Part shown: positions 18,406 through 26,105 of the stretch, piece by piece | How positions within the stretch are numbered: the first letter of the stretch is position 1 | Layout of the letters: every line of letters starts with the position of its first letter | NCBI GenBank assembly: GCA_963708045.1 | Contig: OY970181.1 | Coordinates: 779,537-843,536 of the forward strand | Reading direction: 5' to 3' | DNA: 64,000 nt | DNA from: an uncultured bacterium | GTDB taxonomy: Bacteria; Patescibacteriota; Patescibacteriia; CAIQCM01 | Program-made: the position numbers and the translations under genes | Notes under the pieces: model-generated | What the model was told of the DNA's origin: nothing | Databases searched by the model: none | The model's input: the letters and a program-made list of their open reading frames with translations, nothing else

Positions 18406-18861
18406 ATGGAGTTAACACAAAGAGATCATGAAATAATCGGCCGAGTTTGGGATATCGTTTATTCGTCAGGCCGTAAGATGCCCGCGCATTTTACCAGCAA
18501 TGGCGATCGTTACATGAGTTTTTGTATTGATTTTGAACCGTTGACTAAAAAGGATGATGAAAATATGGCAGGAGAGGCATGGGGGTCTATAGATCAGTAT
18601 CTTGCCAACAAGCCAGAAATACCAAAGCCGCAGTTTATGGCAATAGTTGTTTGCGGCGAGGATGTAATGATCGGGGCTTACATAATCACGAAACTCGGCT
18701 CAATGAATTTGATTGAAAGCCTGAAAGAAGCGCTCGTGGCTAATACTATAAAATCGTTTCCGACACTAAATGATCTGAATGATGTTTTTGTGTTGCCGTA
18801 TGTTAAAGATTATTTTGACCACTGTATGAAATATGGCGAGCGCACGGCCGATGGACTATAA
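18406..18861 (+). CDS. hypothetical protein (151 aa)
   Basis: Starts 5 nt after the upstream gene stop (operon-like). No motif. Confidence 0.45.
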   Translation: MELTQRDHEIIGRVWDIVYSSGRKMPAHFTSNGDRYMSFCIDFEPLTKKDDENMAGEAWGSIDQYLANKPEIPKPQFMAIVVCGEDVMIGAYIITKLGSMNLIESLKEALVANTIKSFPTLNDLNDVFVLPYVKDYFDHCMKYGERTADGL

Positions 18862-18908
18862 GTTCGGGCACACCTTTATGATGTAAAGTACGTTACTATT
18901 GATAATTA

Positions 18909-19295
18909 ATGGTCGACCCACAAATACTCGCATTCGCAAAATCTTTGCCAAAAATATTTGAAGACGCTTCGTTAGAAGCCGCGTTGATATTTTGGAGTGT
19001 TTTTCTTAATTTCTTAAAAATTAATTGTTTGCTCACTATTGGATTTATATTTGTAGTGTTTGTTGTAGTTGCGATTAAAGCCATGTACGGCAGATGGGGA
19101 AGTTTGGGTAGTTTCCTGTACAAATTTTTCTATTTCGGAACCCTATTAGTGCTCGGTCTCATATTTGGTCCGGGCATCTTCTTGAATGATTGGTTCAATG
19201 CCACATGTGCCGCGATTCTATATCCGGTCTGCTATTGGCTGGTTGGAAGGATATTGGTCAAAACGCGTTTCCTCGAATACACCCAATCGTCATAG
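18909..19295 (+). CDS. hypothetical membrane protein (128 aa)
   Basis: Three hydrophobic helices. Confidence 0.4.
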   Translation: MVDPQILAFAKSLPKIFEDASLEAALIFWSVFLNFLKINCLLTIGFIFVVFVVVAIKAMYGRWGSLGSFLYKFFYFGTLLVLGLIFGPGIFLNDWFNATCAAILYPVCYWLVGRILVKTRFLEYTQSS

Positions 19296-19321
19296 TACGA
19301 TAAGTTTATAAAAACAATAAA

Positions 19322-19516
19322 ATGGAAATATCTATTCATACGATAGATGCGCGTGATAACGTTTTTCTTGAAATAATTAAGAAGAAATTCGGCTTGTCTC
19401 CATCGGCGATGCTTGCTGCTATCCAAAATTTTTTTAATGAAACTGTTAGTGTATTAGAAACTAAAGGGATAAAATATACTGAATTACGTGGCGCATTAGC
19501 TCCAGGCACCGATTGA
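19322..19516 (+). CDS. hypothetical small protein (64 aa)
   Basis: Short ORF in an operon-like position. Confidence 0.3.
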   Translation: MEISIHTIDARDNVFLEIIKKKFGLSPSAMLAAIQNFFNETVSVLETKGIKYTELRGALAPGTD

Positions 19517-19522
19517 AAAGAG

Positions 19523-20437
19523 ATGGTATTAGTTTTTGACAGAACAAAAATTAGTAATTCTTTTTATGGGATGGAAGTATATAAACGTGTTTTACCAGCG
19601 ATCTCTCTCTATTGCCTAGATAGTTCGCACTGTGTTCTGCATGGTGATTATTTGGCAGTCACTGGTCACGAGGTAAAACAAAAGAGTGATTTATTTTCTA
19701 AAATTGTACAGTGCAATACAACAAATTATGTTAGACCGAATCAATATTTTTTGGTTTATATAAATAATTTAACAAAGCACATGTTGGCAGGTATCAATAA
19801 ATCTTTGATGCTTTACGATGCTTATATTGGCTATGCTGATACTTCGACCTTTTCTCGCTTCAAATCGTACTTATCAACTACGCTACCGCAATCTTTTATT
19901 TGGTTTAGAAAAACCGCGTTAATGGCCCATGAGGATGATAGGCCAAACTCAGAAGATGTTAATACACAATGTCTGCCTGAAGAAGGTTTGAAAATACGTA
20001 GCATTCAATCGCTATATTATGGCGTTTTTCTATCATATAAAATTCAAAGACCAGTGTTGTCTTTGCTAGAAGTTGATAATTTGATTTCGTTAAACGCAAT
20101 TAGCGATAAGCCAGTAAGCTTATTGAATTTTGATGTGCGTCTTGAAGAGTCAAAACTTCAATATCTTCTAACGAACAAGAGGGAAAGCCTTGAACGGTTA
20201 GGCCTGGCGAACTCCGATACGAAGAAAATATCTGCCCTCATCAAAAATAGGTTAAATTCCGGATACCTTTATAATCTTAGAATTATCGAGCCGAATGGTA
20301 AAAAAGTGATGCTATTTAATATTCAATTAGAAAAAATAAACGGGGTCAGTTCTGATTTTCGCGCTGTTGTTAGTATAAGCAGACAAAAATTATCTTTTTG
20401 TTATGCAAAAAAATTGTTGTGTGTTAGAGGTGTATAA
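19523..20437 (+). CDS. hypothetical protein (304 aa)
   Basis: Long ORF. No motif. Its 3' end contains the left copy of the REP-like repeat. Confidence 0.45.
   Translation: MVLVFDRTKISNSFYGMEVYKRVLPAISLYCLDSSHCVLHGDYLAVTGHEVKQKSDLFSKIVQCNTTNYVRPNQYFLVYINNLTKHMLAGINKSLMLYDAYIGYADTSTFSRFKSYLSTTLPQSFIWFRKTALMAHEDDRPNSEDVNTQCLPEEGLKIRSIQSLYYGVFLSYKIQRPVLSLLEVDNLISLNAISDKPVSLLNFDVRLEESKLQYLLTNKRESLERLGLANSDTKKISALIKNRLNSGYLYNLRIIEPNGKKVMLFNIQLEKINGVSSDFRAVVSISRQKLSFCYAKKLLCVRGV
20342..20354 (-). repeat. REP-like repeat copy (reverse complement of CAGAACTGACCCC), left flank of the Y1 transposase gene
   Basis: 'ggggtcagttctg' at 20342-20354. It is inverted relative to the copy at 21178. Confidence 0.5.
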
Positions 20438-20497
20438 CAGTTTCATTGAAAAATGAAGATAAAAATTAGATGATGGCATAAATAGTATTTTATTTTT

Positions 20498-21178
20498 ATG
20501 CCTAGACCTCCACGGATCAAAGCTCCAAATTTGTTATTTCACATTATGAATCGTGGAAATGGGCGACAGCGCGTCTTTTATTCTGATAAGGCGTACAAAG
20601 AATTTTATGAGATCATGATCCGTTATAAAAAATTGTTTCCAATCAAAATATTTCACTACGTTTTAATGCCTAATCATTTTCATTTGTTGGTTGAATCGGA
20701 AAACGAGACGGCGATTTCAAAGTTTATGCAACGCGTCACCTTGTCGCATACGCGCCGGTTTAACTTGAAATATCATACAGTTGGCCACCTGTGGCAAGGT
20801 CGATTTAAAAGCATTTTGATTGATTCTGATGAATACTATCTCCAATGCGGACGCTACATTGATCTAAATCCGATTCGTGCGAAATTGGTAGAACATCCGT
20901 CAGAGTGGCGTTGGAGTAGTTATGGGGCTTTGGCGAACGGCGCGAAAGAACAGCTTGTTGATTTTCATCCTCTGTATGTTGCTTTGGGAAATGATAAAAA
21001 TATTAGGCAAAAAAATTACGCGAGATTTGTTAAAATGGAAATAGATGCTTCGCGGTTAAATAATGCGATGCGTTTTTCGGAAAAATATTTTTATGGGAAA
21101 GATGAGTTTATCGAACAGATTAAAGAAAAATATTTTGTAGTCATCCCGCGTCCGAAGGCTGGTAGGCCGCGAAATTAG
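20498..21178 (+). CDS. tnpA: Y1/HUH tyrosine transposase (IS200-like / REP-associated tyrosine transposase family, Y1_Tnp)
   Basis: 'IFHYVLMPNHFHLLVE' is the HUH motif (H-F-H flanked by hydrophobics). 'WQGRFKSILIDSDEYYLQCGRYIDLNPIRAKLVEHPSEWRWSSY' contains the conserved catalytic-Tyr region of the IS200/RAYT family. Confidence 0.8.
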   Translation: MPRPPRIKAPNLLFHIMNRGNGRQRVFYSDKAYKEFYEIMIRYKKLFPIKIFHYVLMPNHFHLLVESENETAISKFMQRVTLSHTRRFNLKYHTVGHLWQGRFKSILIDSDEYYLQCGRYIDLNPIRAKLVEHPSEWRWSSYGALANGAKEQLVDFHPLYVALGNDKNIRQKNYARFVKMEIDASRLNNAMRFSEKYFYGKDEFIEQIKEKYFVVIPRPKAGRPRN

Positions 21179-21191
21179 AACTGACCCCATT
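21176..21191 (+). repeat. REP-like repeat copy TAGAACTGACCCCATT, overlapping the tnpA stop codon
   Basis: Identical core 'GAACTGACCCCATT' also at 21999-22012. A degenerate copy 'gacttgaccccatt' is at 23683-23696. Confidence 0.5.
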
Positions 21192-21246
21192 ATTAAATAG
21201 CCCCGCCGTTGGAAGACGGGCGGGGCTTGTACCATTTAGCGCCGAG

Positions 21247-21268
21247 GACGGAAGTCTCCGTCTTTTTA
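21247..21268 (+). terminator. rho-independent terminator downstream of tnpA
   Basis: 'gacgga' 'agtc' 'tccgtc' followed by 'ttttta'. It is flanked by two further perfect hairpins (21199-21227 with a 9-bp stem; 21292-21313 with a 9-bp stem). Confidence 0.5.
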
Positions 21269-21344
21269 CGCGAGCAGGTCTCGTAGAATTCGCTTGCTTC
21301 GTATGAAGCAAGCCTGTGGTCAAGATACTCTCATTGTTTGTTTG

Positions 21345-21731
21345 TTAGTCGTTTAGCGGCAGGACAAGCGTTGCGACGTAATCACACTCACGTATCAGCG
21401 AACATCCATAGTAACTTCCATGGCGTCCACGTATCTCGGTGGCAGAGGTGAACGTTCCAGAAACTATATAGCCGTCCGTGGGACATTCTGTGCCATCAGC
21501 TCCCCAGCCGTGGACGCAGCTGAATGTTCCGCAGGTCACGCGAAAAAAGGCGGCAATGCCCTCCGAGAAAGTAATTTGCAAAAGTCCGGTGGAGCTATTG
21601 TGAGACAGGTTGAGAGAGAAATCATTATACAAGTAAGTATCGGTGCCTGCGTCCGGTACAAGGGCAGTCATTTTGTAAATACCTGTATTCGGTTTCTCGT
21701 AGCCGCATGTTGCGGGTGTTGTTTTAAGCAC
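21345..21731 (-). CDS. hypothetical Cys-containing protein (128 aa)
   Basis: Minus-strand ORF between the tnpA terminator and the ars promoter region. Several Cys and Gly/Thr-rich segments. No motif. Confidence 0.3.
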   Translation of the reverse strand: MLKTTPATCGYEKPNTGIYKMTALVPDAGTDTYLYNDFSLNLSHNSSTGLLQITFSEGIAAFFRVTCGTFSCVHGWGADGTECPTDGYIVSGTFTSATEIRGRHGSYYGCSLIRECDYVATLVLPLND

Positions 21732-21996
21732 GCCGTCTTTGTCTGTTGCGGGAGAAATACAACCGCAAAAAGAGGCAAAGCATACGTAAATCGAAAGTTT
21801 TGTTCATTTCCTTCTTCCTGTAATTGATAGGCTAGGTCGTTTTTTACGCGTTGTCAATGATAGTCATAAGTAAATGTGGTTAGTTTTAATTTTCACGACG
21901 TTGTAGTATAAACAGACATAAATTATCTTTTTGTTGAAAGTTGTTGAAAGCCGATCGGGGTCAATTAAATTTTTTTTAACATATCACACATCAATC

Positions 21997-22012
21997 AGAA
22001 CTGACCCCATTG
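21997..22012 (+). repeat. REP-like repeat copy CAGAACTGACCCCATT
   Basis: Exact 15/16 match to the copy at 21176. It is preceded at 21953-21960 by an inverted partial copy 'cggggtca' that could pair with it. Confidence 0.5.
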
Positions 22013-22036
22013 TTATGGTTTAATTCACGCTATTTA

Positions 22037-22070
22037 CTATATCAATATATGTTGATATAGTAATCAACAT
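22037..22070. promoter_or_regulatory. candidate ArsR operator: two overlapping perfect inverted repeats directly upstream of arsR
   Basis: P1 is 'ctatatcaa-tatatg-ttgatatag' (9-bp arms, 22037-22060). P2 is 'atgttgat-atagta-atcaacat' (8-bp arms, 22049-22070). The arsR ATG is at 22076. ArsR/SmtB operators are AT-rich imperfect inverted repeats that overlap their own promoter. Confidence 0.45.
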
Positions 22071-22075
22071 AAAAT

Positions 22076-22381
22076 ATGACGCCAAAATGTTGTCTTAACA
22101 AAAGGTCATTTGTTGAGCTTGACGATACGGTCAAATTTTTAAAGGTTGTAGCTGATGAAAATCGGTTAAAAATTTTGTGTATGCTTCGGTCGGGGGAAAA
22201 GTGTGTTTGCGAAATTTGGAAATTTCTTAATCTCTCGCAAAACCTTACCTCGCATCACTTAAAGGTATTAAAATCTTTTGGTTTGGTTTGCGACAGAAAA
22301 GATGGACTTAATGTATATTATTCAATTAACAAAGGTGAAATCGTTAAATACGATTCATTATTAACAAAATTTTTACGATGA
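22076..22381 (+). CDS. arsR: ArsR/SmtB-family metalloregulatory transcriptional repressor
   Basis: Winged HTH 'ADENRLKILCMLRSGEKCVCEIWKFLNLSQNLTSHHLKVLKSFGLV' with the Cys pair 'CVC' at the metal-sensing position of the alpha3 helix. Confidence 0.8.
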   Translation: MTPKCCLNKRSFVELDDTVKFLKVVADENRLKILCMLRSGEKCVCEIWKFLNLSQNLTSHHLKVLKSFGLVCDRKDGLNVYYSINKGEIVKYDSLLTKFLR

Positions 22382-22382
22382 T

Positions 22383-22682
22383 ATGAGCAATAATAAAATT
22401 CAGGTTTTAGGTTCTGGCTGTCATTCGTGCAAGAAGTTGTTTGAACTTACAAAACAGGCAGTGCGGGAGCTGGGGATTGATACCGAAGTTGAATATATTA
22501 CCGACATCCAAAAAATCATAGAGATGGGCGTGATGCAGAGCCCGGTGCTAGCTATAAACGGCAAACCAGTAATGGCCGGATCGGTATCGGACATAGAAAG
22601 AATAAAAGAGCTGATAACTAATCAGCCCAACAGTTCTATATCCAGTAATACACCGTCCTGCAATTGCGGAGGTAATTGTTAG
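22383..22682 (+). CDS. thioredoxin-fold small redox-active disulfide protein (Thioredoxin_3-like)
   Basis: 'KIQVLGSGCHSCKKLFE' CxxC motif in a roughly 80-aa thioredoxin-like protein. This is a common partner of ArsP/DUF318 permeases. The start lies 1 nt after the arsR stop. Confidence 0.65.
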   Translation: MSNNKIQVLGSGCHSCKKLFELTKQAVRELGIDTEVEYITDIQKIIEMGVMQSPVLAINGKPVMAGSVSDIERIKELITNQPNSSISSNTPSCNCGGNC

Positions 22683-22691
22683 TCCAAGTCT

Positions 22692-23669
22692 ATGGATATT
22701 TTTTACCCGATACAATTACTGGCGGATTTCATTAACCGCCTGATCGGCTTAGAAAAAACATCGTATTTTGGGAGTGCAACTAATTTTTTTGTTTACGACA
22801 CGATTAAAATTGGTCTATTACTGGTTGTTATAAATTACGTAATGGCCATCACCCGTTACTATTTCCCGATGGAAAGGGCTAGGAATATTCTAACCAAGAA
22901 ACGCTGGTTCGGGTTAAATTACCTAATGGCCGCCGTGCTCGGCATAGTTACGCCGTTCTGTTCATGCTCGTCAATTCCGCTTTTCATCGGATTCGTGGGG
23001 GCGGGGATACCGATGGGAATAACCTTTGCCTTTTTAATCAGCTCACCCCTCATCAACGAATCGTCGCTATATTTATTTCCGGCGATGTTCGGTTGGAAAG
23101 TGACGATCTTATACAACTTGTTCGGACTGGCGATTGCAATAATTGGAGGCATGATTATTCAAAAACTTAATGTAGAAAAATATATTATTCCAGAATTGTT
23201 GAAATTCAAATCACGATCTCAGATTGAAGCGGAAAACGGTAACAAGAAGCTTTCATTTGAGAAACTTGTTTCATATTTTTGGAAAGACGGAATGAAGATT
23301 ACAAAACAAATTTTCCCTTATGTTATTTTAGGGGTCGGGGTCGGGGCGATTATCCACGGTTTTGTGCCGAGCGGTTTAGTTGAACGCTATCTATCCGCCA
23401 AAGCATGGTGGACTGTGCCCTTGGCTGTTATTTTAGGCGCCCCGCTTTACGCCAACTCAGTAAGTGTAATTCCTATAATGGAGGCGCTCGTTGGGAAAGG
23501 CGCCCCGCTTGGTACGGTTCTGGCCTTTATGACGGCAATAGTGACGCTTTCTATTCCTGAAGCCTTGATACTTAAAAAAGTCATGCGTTGGCAATTGCTT
23601 GCCATATTTTTTGGCATAACCACTATTGGAATAGTGGTTATGGGATATTTGTTTAATGCAATTTTCTAA
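22692..23669 (+). CDS. arsP: ArsP-type (DUF318) permease, putative organoarsenical efflux permease
   Basis: Polytopic membrane protein with the 'TPFCSCSSIPLF' motif (the TPFCSC motif described for ArsP). It is in an operon with arsR. Confidence 0.65.
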   Translation: MDIFYPIQLLADFINRLIGLEKTSYFGSATNFFVYDTIKIGLLLVVINYVMAITRYYFPMERARNILTKKRWFGLNYLMAAVLGIVTPFCSCSSIPLFIGFVGAGIPMGITFAFLISSPLINESSLYLFPAMFGWKVTILYNLFGLAIAIIGGMIIQKLNVEKYIIPELLKFKSRSQIEAENGNKKLSFEKLVSYFWKDGMKITKQIFPYVILGVGVGAIIHGFVPSGLVERYLSAKAWWTVPLAVILGAPLYANSVSVIPIMEALVGKGAPLGTVLAFMTAIVTLSIPEALILKKVMRWQLLAIFFGITTIGIVVMGYLFNAIF

Positions 23670-23756
23670 CAAATACTGGACTTGACCCCATTATTTTGGC
23701 GGTTATAGAATATCGGAGTATGCTTGAAGAAAAATCGTACCTAATTTTATTTCTTT

Positions 23757-24245
23757 ATGAATCATAAACTTCACGACAAAGAAACCAACGAGCACATTAA
23801 ACAATCCATTACCGCCTGCGCATTTATCCATCAGAGTATAGATGAGGTTGAGAAAGTTTTATTGCTTAAACGTGCAGATACAAAAAAGTTCTTACCAGGC
23901 GTATTTGAATTACTTGGAGGACATATTGATTTTGGTGAAGATATAGTTGATGGTCTGAAACGAGAGGTTATGGAAGAAATTGGAATGAGTATTTCCGTAG
24001 GCGATCCTTTCGCTGCATTTACTTATTCAAACGAAATAAAAAAGTCTCACTCGGTTGAGGTTGTTTATTTCGCAAAGTTCAATGACCCGTTGAAAAATAT
24101 AAAGCTGAACCTAAAAGACCATACCGAAAGTAAGTGGGTTACCGAAAGCGAGATAGCGTCAATTTCTCCGATAAGCGATGCGGAACTAATGATTATTAAA
24201 AAAGGATTCAAAATTTTATCCGGCAAACCACTTTTATTAGGATGA
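23757..24245 (+). CDS. NUDIX hydrolase
   Basis: Perfect Nudix box 'GGHIDFGEDIVDGLKREVMEEIGM' (G-x5-E-x7-R-E-U-x-E-E-x-G-U). Confidence 0.8.
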   Translation: MNHKLHDKETNEHIKQSITACAFIHQSIDEVEKVLLLKRADTKKFLPGVFELLGGHIDFGEDIVDGLKREVMEEIGMSISVGDPFAAFTYSNEIKKSHSVEVVYFAKFNDPLKNIKLNLKDHTESKWVTESEIASISPISDAELMIIKKGFKILSGKPLLLG

Positions 24246-24275
24246 AAGTAGTGATAGCGGGTCAAAGCAGAGTAG

Positions 24276-24671
24276 CTATTTGCTGTATTGATTTATAAAA
24301 TCCCTTGCTTCACAAAGAAGTAGTTTTGACGATAGGTTGTACCGTGCTTTGGTTTGTTTATAAAAATTTTGCTTGGCACGACTATAAGCTTCTATCCTAG
24401 TTTTGTCAGAAAAGGTGGCCGGAGAATTGCGGACTGCGCAGGTGCAAATTTTACTTTCATCTGTTTTGGCATCGCTTTGTTGCAAATACGCGGTATCGTC
24501 CATACACGACAGCATATCATTTTTATATTTGCGTTCTAACAAAAGTGGTTGAATAAGGTCTGGACCAATCGCGATTAACGCGATAATGCCAATTATCGAT
24601 CCGCCGATGATCTTATTTTTGAGCGCCTTCTTTTTTATTTTTAAGTCATCTGTCGGTTCGTGAGAATCCAT
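24276..24671 (-). CDS. hypothetical membrane-anchored protein (131 aa)
   Basis: N-terminal TM 'IIGGSIIGIIALIAIG'. No motif. Confidence 0.4.
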   Translation of the reverse strand: MDSHEPTDDLKIKKKALKNKIIGGSIIGIIALIAIGPDLIQPLLLERKYKNDMLSCMDDTAYLQQSDAKTDESKICTCAVRNSPATFSDKTRIEAYSRAKQNFYKQTKARYNLSSKLLLCEARDFINQYSK

Positions 24672-24879
24672 ATAGGGATTATTAGGTATTATGTAATTTA
24701 TTATATAGACGATTTACTGAATTGTATATATAAGTAAACGCGGTTAATCCTTACAACATTGGGCAGAGTACGAACATAATGTCGTAAACAAAGAGCGTAC
24801 CCAAACGGTGAAGAGTGAGTTTGCTCTTTGTCGTTTGGGTACGCGATGCGAAATAGGATGCCTTGAAAACAAGAACTAT

Positions 24880-25275
24880 CTATTTGGTGCAGTCGTTGAA
24901 TTCCATATCGCAGTTGCTTACGCATCTGCTTTGCGCGGAGTAGTCCACTTCTTGGCCGTAAGTTGCCGGATGACAGGCGTTCCAGCACATTTTTCTTCTA
25001 AGGTAACACGAACTGGTATTACGCACTGGCGCTGGCGCGGAATACGACGGTGGAGCGCTGTAGGTGACCGGCGCAGGTGCTGCTTGATTGTTCATGCTGG
25101 CACTTAGCCCGTTGGCGAAGTTGGCGAAAATCATGGCTCGTTGCGCTTCTTCTTGCTGCTCCTGTACCCATTGAGCGCATTTGCCCTGCTCGTATTCCAC
25201 GTTATTCTTTTCGCAAAAAGCAGGCGTGCACCCGCTCGCAGCGATACAAAGCACCAAGATCAATGTACTCTTCAT
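24880..25275 (-). CDS. small Cys-rich secreted lipoprotein (131 aa)
   Basis: Signal peptide with lipobox 'LCIAASGC'. About 11 Cys in the mature part. Confidence 0.45.
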   Translation of the reverse strand: MKSTLILVLCIAASGCTPAFCEKNNVEYEQGKCAQWVQEQQEEAQRAMIFANFANGLSASMNNQAAPAPVTYSAPPSYSAPAPVRNTSSCYLRRKMCWNACHPATYGQEVDYSAQSRCVSNCDMEFNDCTK

Positions 25276-25523
25276 CGGGGGATCCTTTCGTGATTCTTTT
25301 TGTGATTGTTAGTGTCCGAATGAGTCTAATTTATATGCTAAATAAATTATTTTGTCAATGATATGACATGAACCCATCTGGTACAGGGGAGGTTGATTTT
25401 TTTCAAGAAATGTTATATCTTTGCGCTGTCGCATAGCAAATAACCTGCGGCAAGAAGAGGGGGCACGCGAACTGCACCTTTGTCCTTTGTACAATTAACA
25501 CAACACAGTACAGAAAGGTCTCA

Positions 25524-26105
25524 ATGAAAAACATCGGCTTGTTAGTGGCAATGGCATTGACTTTGAATTGCAGTGGTGGCAACAGCGGCAATAACAGCGG
25601 CACCATTCCTTATGGTGGTGACGGTGGAAATTTCGGGGGTGGCGTCGGCAACGAAAGTGAAAATGTAGATAACGAAGCTGCCTTGGCGGCTTTGAAAGCA
25701 CTGGAAGACACTGGTGCTATCCCAAAGTTGGAGCGCACTGACACTGTTCAGGGTGTAGACATTGGTATGAATGGGATTCGTGATGATGTTGAAGAGTATG
25801 TTGTCGCCCATTACAATGTTCCAACTCAACAAAAGGCGGCTTTGCAATTTGCAACGAGCGTGCAGTTGGCACTTCTGGTAGATACGACGGACAGCGAGAG
25901 CGTGCAAAACGCATCCAAAAAGATGGTGTCCGCCGTGAGTTGCATTTATGCAAGGTTTGACACTGGCATAGAACCGGAGACGGTTGTAAGTGAGGTCAGA
26001 TCAATATCGACCAACACAAAGATAAGGCTTCTGGCCTATTTGGCCTTTGGAAGCGCACTTGATGGAACGGTTATGACGTTGCCGGAAGGAGATTCCTGTG
26101 AATAA
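25524..26105 (+). CDS. hypothetical lipoprotein (193 aa)
   Basis: 'MKNIGLLVAMALTLNCSGG' signal peptide and lipobox. Gly/Asn-rich linker. It overlaps the downstream hydrolase gene by 8 nt (operon). Confidence 0.45.
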   Translation: MKNIGLLVAMALTLNCSGGNSGNNSGTIPYGGDGGNFGGGVGNESENVDNEAALAALKALEDTGAIPKLERTDTVQGVDIGMNGIRDDVEEYVVAHYNVPTQQKAALQFATSVQLALLVDTTDSESVQNASKKMVSAVSCIYARFDTGIEPETVVSEVRSISTNTKIRLLAYLAFGSALDGTVMTLPEGDSCE

